Shown here: positions 20,129-26,737 of the stretch, one piece after another
Layout: every line of letters starts with the position of its first letter
Position numbering within the stretch: position 1 is the first letter of the stretch
Source of the DNA: an uncultured Alphaproteobacteria bacterium
GTDB lineage: Bacteria > Pseudomonadota > Alphaproteobacteria > CAAHEQ01 > UBA3637
Direction: 5' to 3'
Assembly (NCBI GenBank): GCA_949286245.1
Contig: CASECF010000015.1
Span: 2,804 to 66,803, forward strand
Length of the DNA stretch: 64,000 bases
Notes under the pieces: generated by a model
What the model was told of the DNA's origin: nothing
The model's input: only the letters and a program-made list of their open reading frames with translations
Databases searched by the model: none
Made by a program: the position numbers and the translations under genes

Positions 20129-20157
20129 TTGCAAAAATTTTTTTTTGAGTGTATAAA
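20129..20157 (+). promoter_or_regulatory. Putative sigma-70 promoter for tRNA-Glu (TTGCAA, 17 nt spacer, TATAAA)
   Basis: TTGCAA at 20129-20134, a 17-nt spacer, then TATAAA at 20152-20157, 16 nt upstream of the mature tRNA 5' end. Confidence 0.5.
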
Positions 20158-20173
20158 ATCATCCATGCTTATA

Positions 20174-20249
20174 GACCCCATCGTCTAGAGGCCTAGGACA
20201 TCGCCCTTTCACGGCGGTAACGGGGGTTCGAATCCCCCTGGGGTCGCCA
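20174..20249 (+). tRNA. tRNA-Glu (anticodon TTC)
   Basis: 76 nt: GACCCCATCGTCTAGAGGCCTAGGACATCGCCCTTTCACGGCGGTAACGGGGGTTCGAATCCCCCTGGGGTCGCCA. Near-identical in architecture to E. coli tRNA-Glu. The 7-bp acceptor stem GACCCCA/TGGGGTC pairs, the anticodon loop is CUUUCAC, and CCA is encoded. Confidence 0.93.
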
Positions 20250-20312
20250 ATAAAGAAACCGGCTTTTGCCGGTTTTTTTTATGGCGGGGGTCCCCTGGCG
20301 ATGAGAACCGGA
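20231..20312 (+). repeat. Direct repeat copy 1 (82 bp): tRNA-Glu 3' end (T-arm 3' half, acceptor, CCA) plus terminator plus 32 nt downstream
   Basis: Identical 82-bp string 'aatccccctggggtcgccaataaagaaaccggcttttgccggttttttttatggcgggggtcccctggcgatgagaaccgga' recurs at 20404-20485. Confidence 0.9.
20257..20280 (+). terminator. Rho-independent terminator downstream of tRNA-Glu
   Basis: Stem AACCGGC / GCCGGTT with a TTTT loop, followed by a T8 run. Confidence 0.7.
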
Positions 20313-20403
20313 AGGGGTTCGAGCCGATAGTTGGCGAGATCAAGTTATAATAACGCAGATCGAGGTTTACGAGGCGAAAGGGGCCCATGAAATGGGAATA
20401 ACC

Positions 20404-20485
20404 AATCCCCCTGGGGTCGCCAATAAAGAAACCGGCTTTTGCCGGTTTTTTTTATGGCGGGGGTCCCCTGGCGATGAGAACCGGA
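20404..20485 (+). repeat. Direct repeat copy 2 (82 bp, identical to 20231-20312). Partial tRNA-Glu 3'-end duplication, att-site-like scar.
   Basis: Exact sequence identity to copy 1, read directly. Lacks the tRNA 5' half, so it is not a functional tRNA. Contains a second copy of the terminator hairpin (20430-20453). Confidence 0.9.
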
Positions 20486-20571
20486 TGAGAATAATCCGTG
20501 AATGCTTTTCTTCTTTTAAAAGTTATCAGATCGTGATAAAATATAACTTATTTGATTTGGAGAGATTAAGT

Positions 20572-21558
20572 ATGGAAAAACTTTGTTCTTTTTATCATTT
20601 ATCTGTGGGTGGTAAAAAAGAGGTGGCCTCTTTTTGTGGTGATGGTGTTAAATTGAAGGGGAAGGGAAGTGGACGTCAGCAATCAGGTTTCTTTGTTTTT
20701 AAGCGTTCTCGAGATATTTCTCTGCGTGCTGCTCCCGTTGTTGATAACCTCCTCCAAAAAGGAGGTTTTGTCGTCCATTTAAAAATACCTCAAAGTCGCG
20801 TGAAATGGCCTTTTTGGAAAATGGATGTCGATTCTTCGTATGAGTTGTTTAGTCTATTGAAAAAATACCGTCGTTTTTTTGATAATACGTGTATTTACGG
20901 TGCCGTTGATGAAACGGATCCCCTTGTCAAAATTGCTCGTCACAAGAAACAAACCGGACGATTATATCTTCATCAAGGGAAACGAATGCTTGCTTTGGGA
21001 AATTCGGATGGGAAAAAATGGGTTCGATCCGGAAAAAATTTAATTGCCGAAAGTAATCAGGAACTTCTGTCTAAAACACCGATTTTAAAGGATTTTTTAT
21101 TTTTTGAGGATCGAATTATTTGTCGGGATCTCTTTAAGAATATTATGAGTGAGAATGTAAAAAGTGCTCATAGTTGTTGGATTAGAGAAAAAATGGCTGA
21201 TTTTTTGTGTCAACATAATCAAGATTTTCTAAAAGAGTATAACCGCTTGATGGGAAGTTCAAAAACAGTTTCTCTCAAATATGTCGATAAAAATGAAGTG
21301 CTGCCCGTTCATCTAAAGGATTTACATACGCTCAAACTGATTGTTTCGAGTAGATTTTCAGGAATTGTTTTGGGCGCTCAAATGGGAGAAAGTTTTATAC
21401 GATGTCGCTGGAATGATACCCGAACAACATCAACGGGAGACGGAATAGAAGTATATAATATTTCTCTTAAAAATGAAATCGATCCTAGAAAATTATTGTT
21501 AAATTTAAATGAAAAAAAATTTGTATCTTTAAAAGCTCGAAAAAAATCAAGAGAGTGA
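20572..21558 (+). CDS. Hypothetical protein (328 aa), first gene of the tRNA-Glu-proximal island
   Basis: ATG at 20572 preceded by GGAGAG. The longer ORF from 20392 would start inside the tRNA-derived repeat and was rejected. No recognisable catalytic motifs; no tyrosine-recombinase R..HxxR..Y signature. Confidence 0.55.
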   Translation: MEKLCSFYHLSVGGKKEVASFCGDGVKLKGKGSGRQQSGFFVFKRSRDISLRAAPVVDNLLQKGGFVVHLKIPQSRVKWPFWKMDVDSSYELFSLLKKYRRFFDNTCIYGAVDETDPLVKIARHKKQTGRLYLHQGKRMLALGNSDGKKWVRSGKNLIAESNQELLSKTPILKDFLFFEDRIICRDLFKNIMSENVKSAHSCWIREKMADFLCQHNQDFLKEYNRLMGSSKTVSLKYVDKNEVLPVHLKDLHTLKLIVSSRFSGIVLGAQMGESFIRCRWNDTRTTSTGDGIEVYNISLKNEIDPRKLLLNLNEKKFVSLKARKKSRE

Positions 21559-21575
21559 TTTGATCCGTTATGGGC

Positions 21576-21836
21576 TTATTTTTTTAAAAGATGCTGACGT
21601 TCTATGGCTCGCATGACGATTTGGTAAATTTCTTCTCCTTGTTGTTGTTCCTGTTTTGATAATCTGTTTTTTTTGATCCATAACCAGCGTTTTATGAGGA
21701 TAAAAAATAAAAGAATTTTTGTTATAAAAAATGTGATCATGTCGTATACTATTAAAATAAATGAATTAAAATATTGTCTAGTGTTTGAGAGATTGAATTT
21801 AAATATAAAATAAAATAAAGTGTGATTATAAAACAA
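21576..21836 (-). CDS. Small hypothetical membrane protein (86 aa)
   Basis: Two hydrophobic segments. Very AT-rich island context. Weak call. Confidence 0.3.
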   Translation of the reverse strand: MFYNHTLFYFIFKFNLSNTRQYFNSFILIVYDMITFFITKILLFFILIKRWLWIKKNRLSKQEQQQGEEIYQIVMRAIERQHLLKK

Positions 21837-21882
21837 AAATTGTTGATGAATTCACTCATTTTTCTCTCCGTTGATAGGGAAG

Positions 21883-22365
21883 TTAACAGGGAAAAGAATT
21901 TCCTTTTTTCTTTTTGGGGATTATGTAGAAAAGAGATGATTTTGTATTGGATTTTTCTATTGTTTGATCCGTTGAATTTTCAGAGTATTCCTTCCTTGAA
22001 AGATTTTGAGTTTGTTTATTGGTGCTTTTAGTTCTATTGTTTCCTGTTTTTGAAAATACTTGAACATTTTTATCTATTTTTATAGAGTTATTTTGAAAAA
22101 AAGGATTGTAAATGGAGGGAGAATAATTGAAAGTTTCAAATAGAATTAATTCAATTAAATAATAAGCAAGAGTGTAAGGATCATTGTCAAAAAAATTTTC
22201 AAGATATTCAAGCTGTTCCTCAATGGCTCGTTGATCCGATTCAATTTCTGAATCAAATTGTCGATCGTAGGATAAATCATTTAATAGATCTTGTACTTTT
22301 AAAATAATGGCTCCTTCCAACAGATCATATCGAAAGGCTTTTTGTTCTAATGAAAGAGTCTTCAT
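21883..22365 (-). CDS. Hypothetical acidic protein (160 aa)
   Basis: ORF preceded, on the minus strand, by a TTGACA-17-TTATAT promoter-like motif at about 22397-22425. The same motif is found in the repressor/replication divergent region. No domain recognised. Confidence 0.45.
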   Translation of the reverse strand: MKTLSLEQKAFRYDLLEGAIILKVQDLLNDLSYDRQFDSEIESDQRAIEEQLEYLENFFDNDPYTLAYYLIELILFETFNYSPSIYNPFFQNNSIKIDKNVQVFSKTGNNRTKSTNKQTQNLSRKEYSENSTDQTIEKSNTKSSLFYIIPKKKKGNSFPC

Positions 22366-22663
22366 CTTATTCTCCTTTGGTTTATGAATAAGAATTATAT
22401 AATATTAAAAATAATATTATGTCAATAAAAAAATATAAAAAAAAATATTATTTTAGTTTTTTCATATCATGTTTTATATGATTTTTTAAAAAAAAGAATT
22501 GTACCTTATTCTCTTTACAAAGCATGGTCTTGTTCGCTTCTTTTTTATTTGGAGTTTATATTTTTTCTACATTAAAAACAGGCTTTAACATAGTTGAGTT
22601 TTTTAATATAATATAAGATGTTTTGGAAACATATCCTTTCAATTGTTTTTATTTTTTACGAAT

Positions 22664-22984
22664 TTAAAATCTCTTTTTTAGTGGGCAAATGCGCTGTGTT
22701 GATAAAATTTCAATAATCTTTTGTCCTTGCTCCATATCTAACTCATCGAGAGATGAAAAACAGTAATCTTTTTTTATATTTAAATAAATTCGTCCGGGGT
22801 TTGTTCCCTCGCAAAAAGCAATATCATAAATTATGATACGAAGTTGATTGAGTTGATTTTGTGTCATCATTTGGGGTTGTGAAGGATTATATGTTGGCGG
22901 TAGATAAAATAATACCCCTTCTTTTTCTACCGCAACTGAAAAAAAAGAAAAAACAAAACCCCGACAATCCCAATGCCAAGCCAA
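22664..22984 (-). CDS. Hypothetical protein (106 aa). Overlaps the out-of-frame ORF 22927-23184, so this may be one frameshifted gene.
   Basis: ORF-track only. The two minus-strand ORFs overlap by 58 nt in different frames. Confidence 0.3.
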   Translation of the reverse strand: MAWHWDCRGFVFSFFSVAVEKEGVLFYLPPTYNPSQPQMMTQNQLNQLRIIIYDIAFCEGTNPGRIYLNIKKDYCFSSLDELDMEQGQKIIEILSTQRICPLKKRF

Positions 22985-23220
22985 TGAAACAAACCAATAT
23001 TCATTTTACAGTGACAGTTGTTCAAATGAATACGATTTCCTGTTAATTGAATTGAATGATCGGAACGTACTTCAAAATGATTTTTTTGTCGGTTGTCTTG
23101 CTGTTTTGTTGATGTCTTATCTGGAAAATTAGAGACGGGTTTCGCTTTTGACAACGCCTCCCGAATAGTTTCGTCTAAATTCATTTTAATATACCCTATA
23201 TAAATTAAACTCTTTTTTGA

Positions 23221-23688
23221 TTAAACCACTTTCATTTTTAGAAAAAAATCTGAAAGTTCAATGATCTTGGCTTTTTTATTTTCTGGTGTAATGTGTGCTG
23301 TTTTCTCATAAAGCGCAATAATAAGCTCGGCTTTTGTCTGAGGATCTAGATAAAAAGAGTTGTCTGTAAGCCACTCTTCAACAACTCGAATAATAACAGA
23401 TAGATGCTCTTTGTTGAGCTTTCCTTGGGAAGAAGATAAAATCGGTAAATCAGTCAGCTTTTCTTGATCACAATGCAAAATCTGAGCAATTTTATAACGG
23501 ATGTCTTCCGGTAAATGCTTGGGACTCCCCAAAACGAGATATTGGTATATGTAGGCCGGACTCTTTCCGATCGCAAGCGAAAGCGATTTGTAATTCATCC
23601 CACTTTGTTTCTTTTGGTCAATGCAGTGGGATAAATATTGTCTGGCTTTTGAATTATTAAATAAAACTTTATTTGCTTCTCTTGACAT
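23221..23688 (-). CDS. Phage cI/XRE-like repressor with N-terminal HTH
   Basis: N-terminal segment 'MNYKSLSLAIGKSPAYIYQYLVLGSPKHLPEDIRYKIAQIL' has the helix-turn-helix shape of cI/Cro-family repressors. Divergently transcribed from the replication module, which is classic immunity-region architecture. The start was set at the ATG at 23688; the ORF-track start at 23709 is a TTG. Confidence 0.6.
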   Translation of the reverse strand: MSREANKVLFNNSKARQYLSHCIDQKKQSGMNYKSLSLAIGKSPAYIYQYLVLGSPKHLPEDIRYKIAQILHCDQEKLTDLPILSSSQGKLNKEHLSVIIRVVEEWLTDNSFYLDPQTKAELIIALYEKTAHITPENKKAKIIELSDFFLKMKVV

Positions 23689-23734
23689 GACTTTTCTATA
23701 CCATAACAAAAAAAAATAATCAAATATTATTTTT

Positions 23735-23772
23735 TATATTGACATAATATAAATTATAATATTATATTCTCG
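23735..23772 (+). promoter_or_regulatory. Divergent promoter/operator region between the repressor and the rightward module. TTGACA-17-TTATAT embedded in the near-palindrome TATTGACATAATAT.
   Basis: TTGACA at 23738-23743. The motif 'tattgacataatat' is the reverse complement of 'atattatgtcaata' at 22418-22431 upstream of the 21883-22365 gene, so the island has two copies of the same promoter/operator. Confidence 0.5.
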
Positions 23773-23796
23773 CTAAGATTAAATGACGGAGGTTTT

Positions 23797-24030
23797 ATGT
23801 CGAATATAAATTTTTTTAAAAAACAAAAATCTGATGGATCACATATCCATTCGAATAATCAAAAACAGAGCATTCAATTTAAAATTCCCATATCAAACTT
23901 AGAACAACGGATTCCGATTTCTATTTTTTATGCAAAACCCAGAAACAACAAACAATTCTTCGTTGAGCTTGATTCTTTTGAGCTCTCCAAGAGGGGAGTT
24001 CCTCACTTACTTTCAAATGAGCGATCGTAG
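23797..24030 (+). CDS. Hypothetical protein (77 aa). First gene of the rightward, early-like operon.
   Basis: Good RBS GACGGAGG 6 nt upstream of the ATG. Sits in the position of a cro/early gene. No recognisable motif. Confidence 0.45.
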   Translation: MSNINFFKKQKSDGSHIHSNNQKQSIQFKIPISNLEQRIPISIFYAKPRNNKQFFVELDSFELSKRGVPHLLSNERS

Positions 24031-24041
24031 AGGAGGAGAGT

Positions 24042-24608
24042 ATGGAAAAAGGGTGGATTCGACTAAACAGACGTATCTTGTCGTGGCATTGGTATCAAGA
24101 GAGTACAACATTTCGTGTTTTTATTCATTTGCTCTTAAAAGCTAACTATGAAACAAGATATTGGCGTCATTTGGCGGTAAAAAGAGGAGATTTGATTACA
24201 AGCTTATCGTCATTGTCTCGAGAAACTGGATTGAGTATTCAGTCAGTCAGAACGGCCTTAAAGCGCCTGAAGAAGACCGGTGAAATTCAAATTCGATCCA
24301 CTCATCAATATTCTCTTATCACAATTATTAATTATCATTTTTATCAACCACTCTCCGAGACAAAACAGATGTTTCTGTTTGATGCAAATGAGCGTATTTA
24401 TTCCGATTTAGATTGGCGAGTTTCTCCGCTTGTTCATTGGAATACTGATGAGCCGAATAAAATAAGAACCATTTCAAAAAAAAGACAAAATAACTCAGAG
24501 GAAAATTCAAAAAATACTCATTGTTTTGCTAAAAGAAAACACCCGCTTTTCTCTTCCGGAACAAAATCCGCTTTATCTCAAAAAAATAAAAAGGAGATTC
24601 CATGGTAG
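24042..24608 (+). CDS. Phage replication initiation / replisome-organizer-like protein (N-terminal winged HTH)
   Basis: Strong RBS GAGGAGGAG. N-terminal 'WIRLNRRILSWHWYQESTTFRVFIHLLLKANYETRYWRHLAVKRGDLITSLSSLSRETGLSIQSVRTALKRLKKTGEI' has the W.RL.R.I....W pattern of phage replisome-organizer / DnaD-like N-terminal domains. Directly followed by a helicase-loader-like ATPase. Confidence 0.55.
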   Translation: MEKGWIRLNRRILSWHWYQESTTFRVFIHLLLKANYETRYWRHLAVKRGDLITSLSSLSRETGLSIQSVRTALKRLKKTGEIQIRSTHQYSLITIINYHFYQPLSETKQMFLFDANERIYSDLDWRVSPLVHWNTDEPNKIRTISKKRQNNSEENSKNTHCFAKRKHPLFSSGTKSALSQKNKKEIPW

Positions 24609-25198
24609 TTTATTTAACACCCTATGTAAAGCGTTTTAAAGATGCTTCTTTCGATACCTTTAAAACACCTTCTTCGGAGCATTTGAAAGCACGTCAATTT
24701 TTGATGGATTCAGCTCAAACCGGATTACGTAAAAATGTTTTCTTATTGGGTGGAGTCGGAACAGGAAAAACTTATCTTGCTTATTCTTTTCTAAAAGAAG
24801 TTGCCCGATTAAAATGGATCGAACTGACACATTCTTTTTGGTGGCAAAGTGACGTTTGCCTGATTGTTCATATGAAAAAAATTTTAGATAAGATAAAGGA
24901 TAATTGGAAGGCAGAAAATAAATTACCTTCCGGAGCCGTTTTGGAGGCAGAAAAGAATGTTCCTGTTCTGATCATTGATGAGGTGGGCCTTCAGTACGGC
25001 ACATCTTTTGAACGCTTGGAACTTTTTGATTTGTTTAATTCAAGATATGAAAATATGTTGCCCACCATTTGTTTGTCTAATCTAAAAATGGAAGAAATTG
25101 AACGCATTTTGGGAAAACGAATATTTGATCGTCTTTCTCAAAATAGAGAGTGTTTCTATTTGTCCGGAAAAAGTCAACGTTTAAAGGAGGAAAAATGA
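24602..25198 (+). CDS. DnaC/IstB-like AAA+ ATPase (phage helicase-loader-like)
   Basis: Walker A 'LLGGVGTGKTYLA' and Walker B 'VLIIDEVGLQ'. About 200 aa. Translationally coupled to the upstream replication gene (start overlaps its stop). Confidence 0.7.
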   Translation: MVVYLTPYVKRFKDASFDTFKTPSSEHLKARQFLMDSAQTGLRKNVFLLGGVGTGKTYLAYSFLKEVARLKWIELTHSFWWQSDVCLIVHMKKILDKIKDNWKAENKLPSGAVLEAEKNVPVLIIDEVGLQYGTSFERLELFDLFNSRYENMLPTICLSNLKMEEIERILGKRIFDRLSQNRECFYLSGKSQRLKEEK

Positions 25199-25761
25199 CT
25201 AAAAATTATACATCTATTCAAGAAGTAATTCAAGCGATTGAGCGAGCTGTTCAAATTTTGAACGCAATGCCCGAAGAAAAAGTACGTGGATACTTTAATC
25301 TTTGGCCAAAGGTAGATATTTGTGAGCAAGCTTCTTCTGATTTTAGTGAAACACTGGAACAATTGGATCCGCGTTCGAAAGAAAGTTCCGGACGTTTTTA
25401 CCCGTTCCCGTGGGAAATTGATGAAATGGAGGATGTGATCTTTAATTGGTTGCACTGCTTGACCTTTAAGGAGAAAAAAGTTCTCTGGAAGCGATGTAGC
25501 GGTATGGGTTGGAAGCGGGTTGCTTATGAAATGAATTTGGGTGAACGAACGGCACAACGGTTGTTTAAGGCCGCTTGCGGAAATATTTATAACTTTTTGA
25601 ATTTACGCAAAAAAATAGGAGAAAATAAAGGAATTAAACCTTCTCTTGTTTCATGGCAAGAGGTTCAAGCAAGTTCTCTAAAAAAGAAATTATTACCAAA
25701 TTCATTGCATATAATAAAAAATAAAAAAAATAAAATTTTAATTAAAAACAAAATGTTATAA
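25195..25761 (+). CDS. Putative transcriptional regulator with a sigma-70 region-4-like HTH, in a phage late-gene-activator-like position
   Basis: Strong RBS AAGGAGGAAAA. The segment 'LTFKEKKVLWKRCSGMGWKRVAYEMNLGERTAQRLFKAA' resembles the region-4 / LuxR-type HTH pattern LT.KE..VL.......W..VA.E.N.GERTAQR. The call depends on that similarity only. Confidence 0.4.
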   Translation: MTKNYTSIQEVIQAIERAVQILNAMPEEKVRGYFNLWPKVDICEQASSDFSETLEQLDPRSKESSGRFYPFPWEIDEMEDVIFNWLHCLTFKEKKVLWKRCSGMGWKRVAYEMNLGERTAQRLFKAACGNIYNFLNLRKKIGENKGIKPSLVSWQEVQASSLKKKLLPNSLHIIKNKKNKILIKNKML

Positions 25762-25858
25762 TAAGTTTTTATAAAAATATAGTATTCTTGAAAAAAGTGT
25801 TTGACAGATGGAATGTCCTATGGTAAAATAGCTGTATCGGGAAAGAAAGGAGTTTGCA

Positions 25859-26284
25859 ATGTCATTGAAAGATACTTTAAAAAAATATAAAGCACAAATT
25901 AAAATGTCTGCTATTTCTGTCGGTGCTGCGTTGGTTCCGGTTTTGAATGTTTCTTGTGCTTCCAATATGCCGCTGGATACACCTTCATATATTACTCAAT
26001 CAAATTATGTTCGAGATTCTAAAGGACGTCTTGTTTCTTCTCAACGGGTCTCATATAGCCCACAAAGTGCATATCGATATAATGCACAGTTGGAGAGACA
26101 GAGATTCAGTTATGTAAGGACATTGAGTAATGAGGCTGAGAGTTGGGCTCGTACGTTGGATCGTTTCAAGACAAATGATATTGTGCGTGAGGGATTGAAG
26201 ATTTCTAACGAGGGAAGACGTATTAACAATGTGACACGCCAAATTAAAAATGCTTCTCTTTTGAAAGATTTATTTGGTAGATAG
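25859..26284 (+). CDS. Hypothetical secreted protein / possible lipoprotein (141 aa)
   Basis: RBS AAAGGAG. Hydrophobic signal segment MSAISVGAALVPVLNVSC ends in a Cys, giving a lipobox-like VSC. Followed by a strong terminator. Confidence 0.5.
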   Translation: MSLKDTLKKYKAQIKMSAISVGAALVPVLNVSCASNMPLDTPSYITQSNYVRDSKGRLVSSQRVSYSPQSAYRYNAQLERQRFSYVRTLSNEAESWARTLDRFKTNDIVREGLKISNEGRRINNVTRQIKNASLLKDLFGR

Positions 26285-26300
26285 GTTCTATTTAGTTTCT

Positions 26301-26331
26301 TAAAAAGCCACTCTTTTCTGAGTGGCTTTTT
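26301..26331 (+). terminator. Rho-independent terminator. Stem AGCCACTC / GAGTGGCT, loop TTTTCT, T5 tail.
   Basis: Read directly: 'aaaaagccactcttttctgagtggcttttt'. The symmetric A/T flanks mean it could act in both directions. Confidence 0.75.
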
Positions 26332-26343
26332 GTAAACCGAAAA

Positions 26344-26654
26344 CCACCGGCTAGGCCGGTGGTTCCGAAAAGCTTACAGGTATGCATAGAAAAAATCCTT
26401 TGTTATTATAAAGTGTACGAGAGTCTGACCACTGTTTTAACGTAAATAACAAAGGATTTTAATTATGACAAATCATACATTAGCACACACGACGTGGTAT
26501 TTACAATTCCATGTTGTGTGTGCTATTGTATATGTGTTCATAAAAAAACTCCTTTGCTTTTTATTAGACAGTCGCCAGACCATCACTTTATTCCAGCAAA
26601 GGCGTTTTTTACGTGTAAAGCTTTAAGCTCTTTGGAACAACCGGCCTAGCCGGT
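26344..26654. repeat. Structured element bounded by perfect 15-bp inverted repeats: 'accggctaggccggt' at 26346-26360 and 'accggcctagccggt' at 26640-26654. Each inverted repeat is itself a hairpin.
   Basis: Read directly. Hairpin A is ccaccggc-tag-gccggtgg and hairpin B is accggc-cta-gccggt; they are reverse complements of each other. The interior holds a 15-bp perfect stem (26396-26410 / 26446-26460, loop about 35 nt) and a second hairpin agcacacac...gtgtgtgct (26482-26523). Confidence 0.8.
26465..26626 (+). CDS. Candidate small hydrophobic peptide (53 aa, MTNHTLAHTTWYLQFHVVCAIVYVFIKKLLCFLLDSRQTITLFQQRRFLRVKL). Type-I-toxin-like.
   Basis: ATG at 26465 lies 7 nt downstream of AAGGA (26453-26457). 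That RBS is inside the 3' arm of the perfect 15-bp stem 26446-26460, so it is sequestered. The peptide has a predicted TM core, VVCAIVYVFIKKLLCFLL. Below the ORF-track size cutoff. Confidence 0.3.
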   Translation: MTNHTLAHTTWYLQFHVVCAIVYVFIKKLLCFLLDSRQTITLFQQRRFLRVKL

Positions 26655-26737
26655 ATTTTCTTGTTACAATAAATTGACCGTATCATTATCGGTCGATTTA
26701 TGTCAGAAAAAGAAGATCGTTTTCAATAAGAGCCTTT

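Noticed and set aside
20404-20485. Second tRNA-Glu gene
   Set aside because: Only the 3' 19 nt of the tRNA (T-arm 3' half, acceptor, CCA) is present. The 5' half, D-arm and anticodon arm are missing, so it is an att-like partial duplication and not a gene.
20392-20571. N-terminal 60 codons of the ORF-track ORF 20392-21558
   Set aside because: This stretch would be translated from within the tRNA-derived repeat and terminator. An ATG with a GGAGAG RBS at 20572 is a far better start.
26363-26639. tmRNA or another known structured RNA in the hairpin-rich region
   Set aside because: No tRNA-like domain, no recognisable tag-peptide reading frame ending in ALAA-like residues, and no other known RNA family features could be recognised by eye. 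It is left as an unclassified structured element.
20250-26700. Integrase, excisionase or terminase in the tRNA-proximal island
   Set aside because: I looked for the R…HxxR…Y tyrosine-recombinase motifs, serine-recombinase motifs, and terminase Walker motifs other than the DnaC-like gene. None were found, so no integrase call is made.
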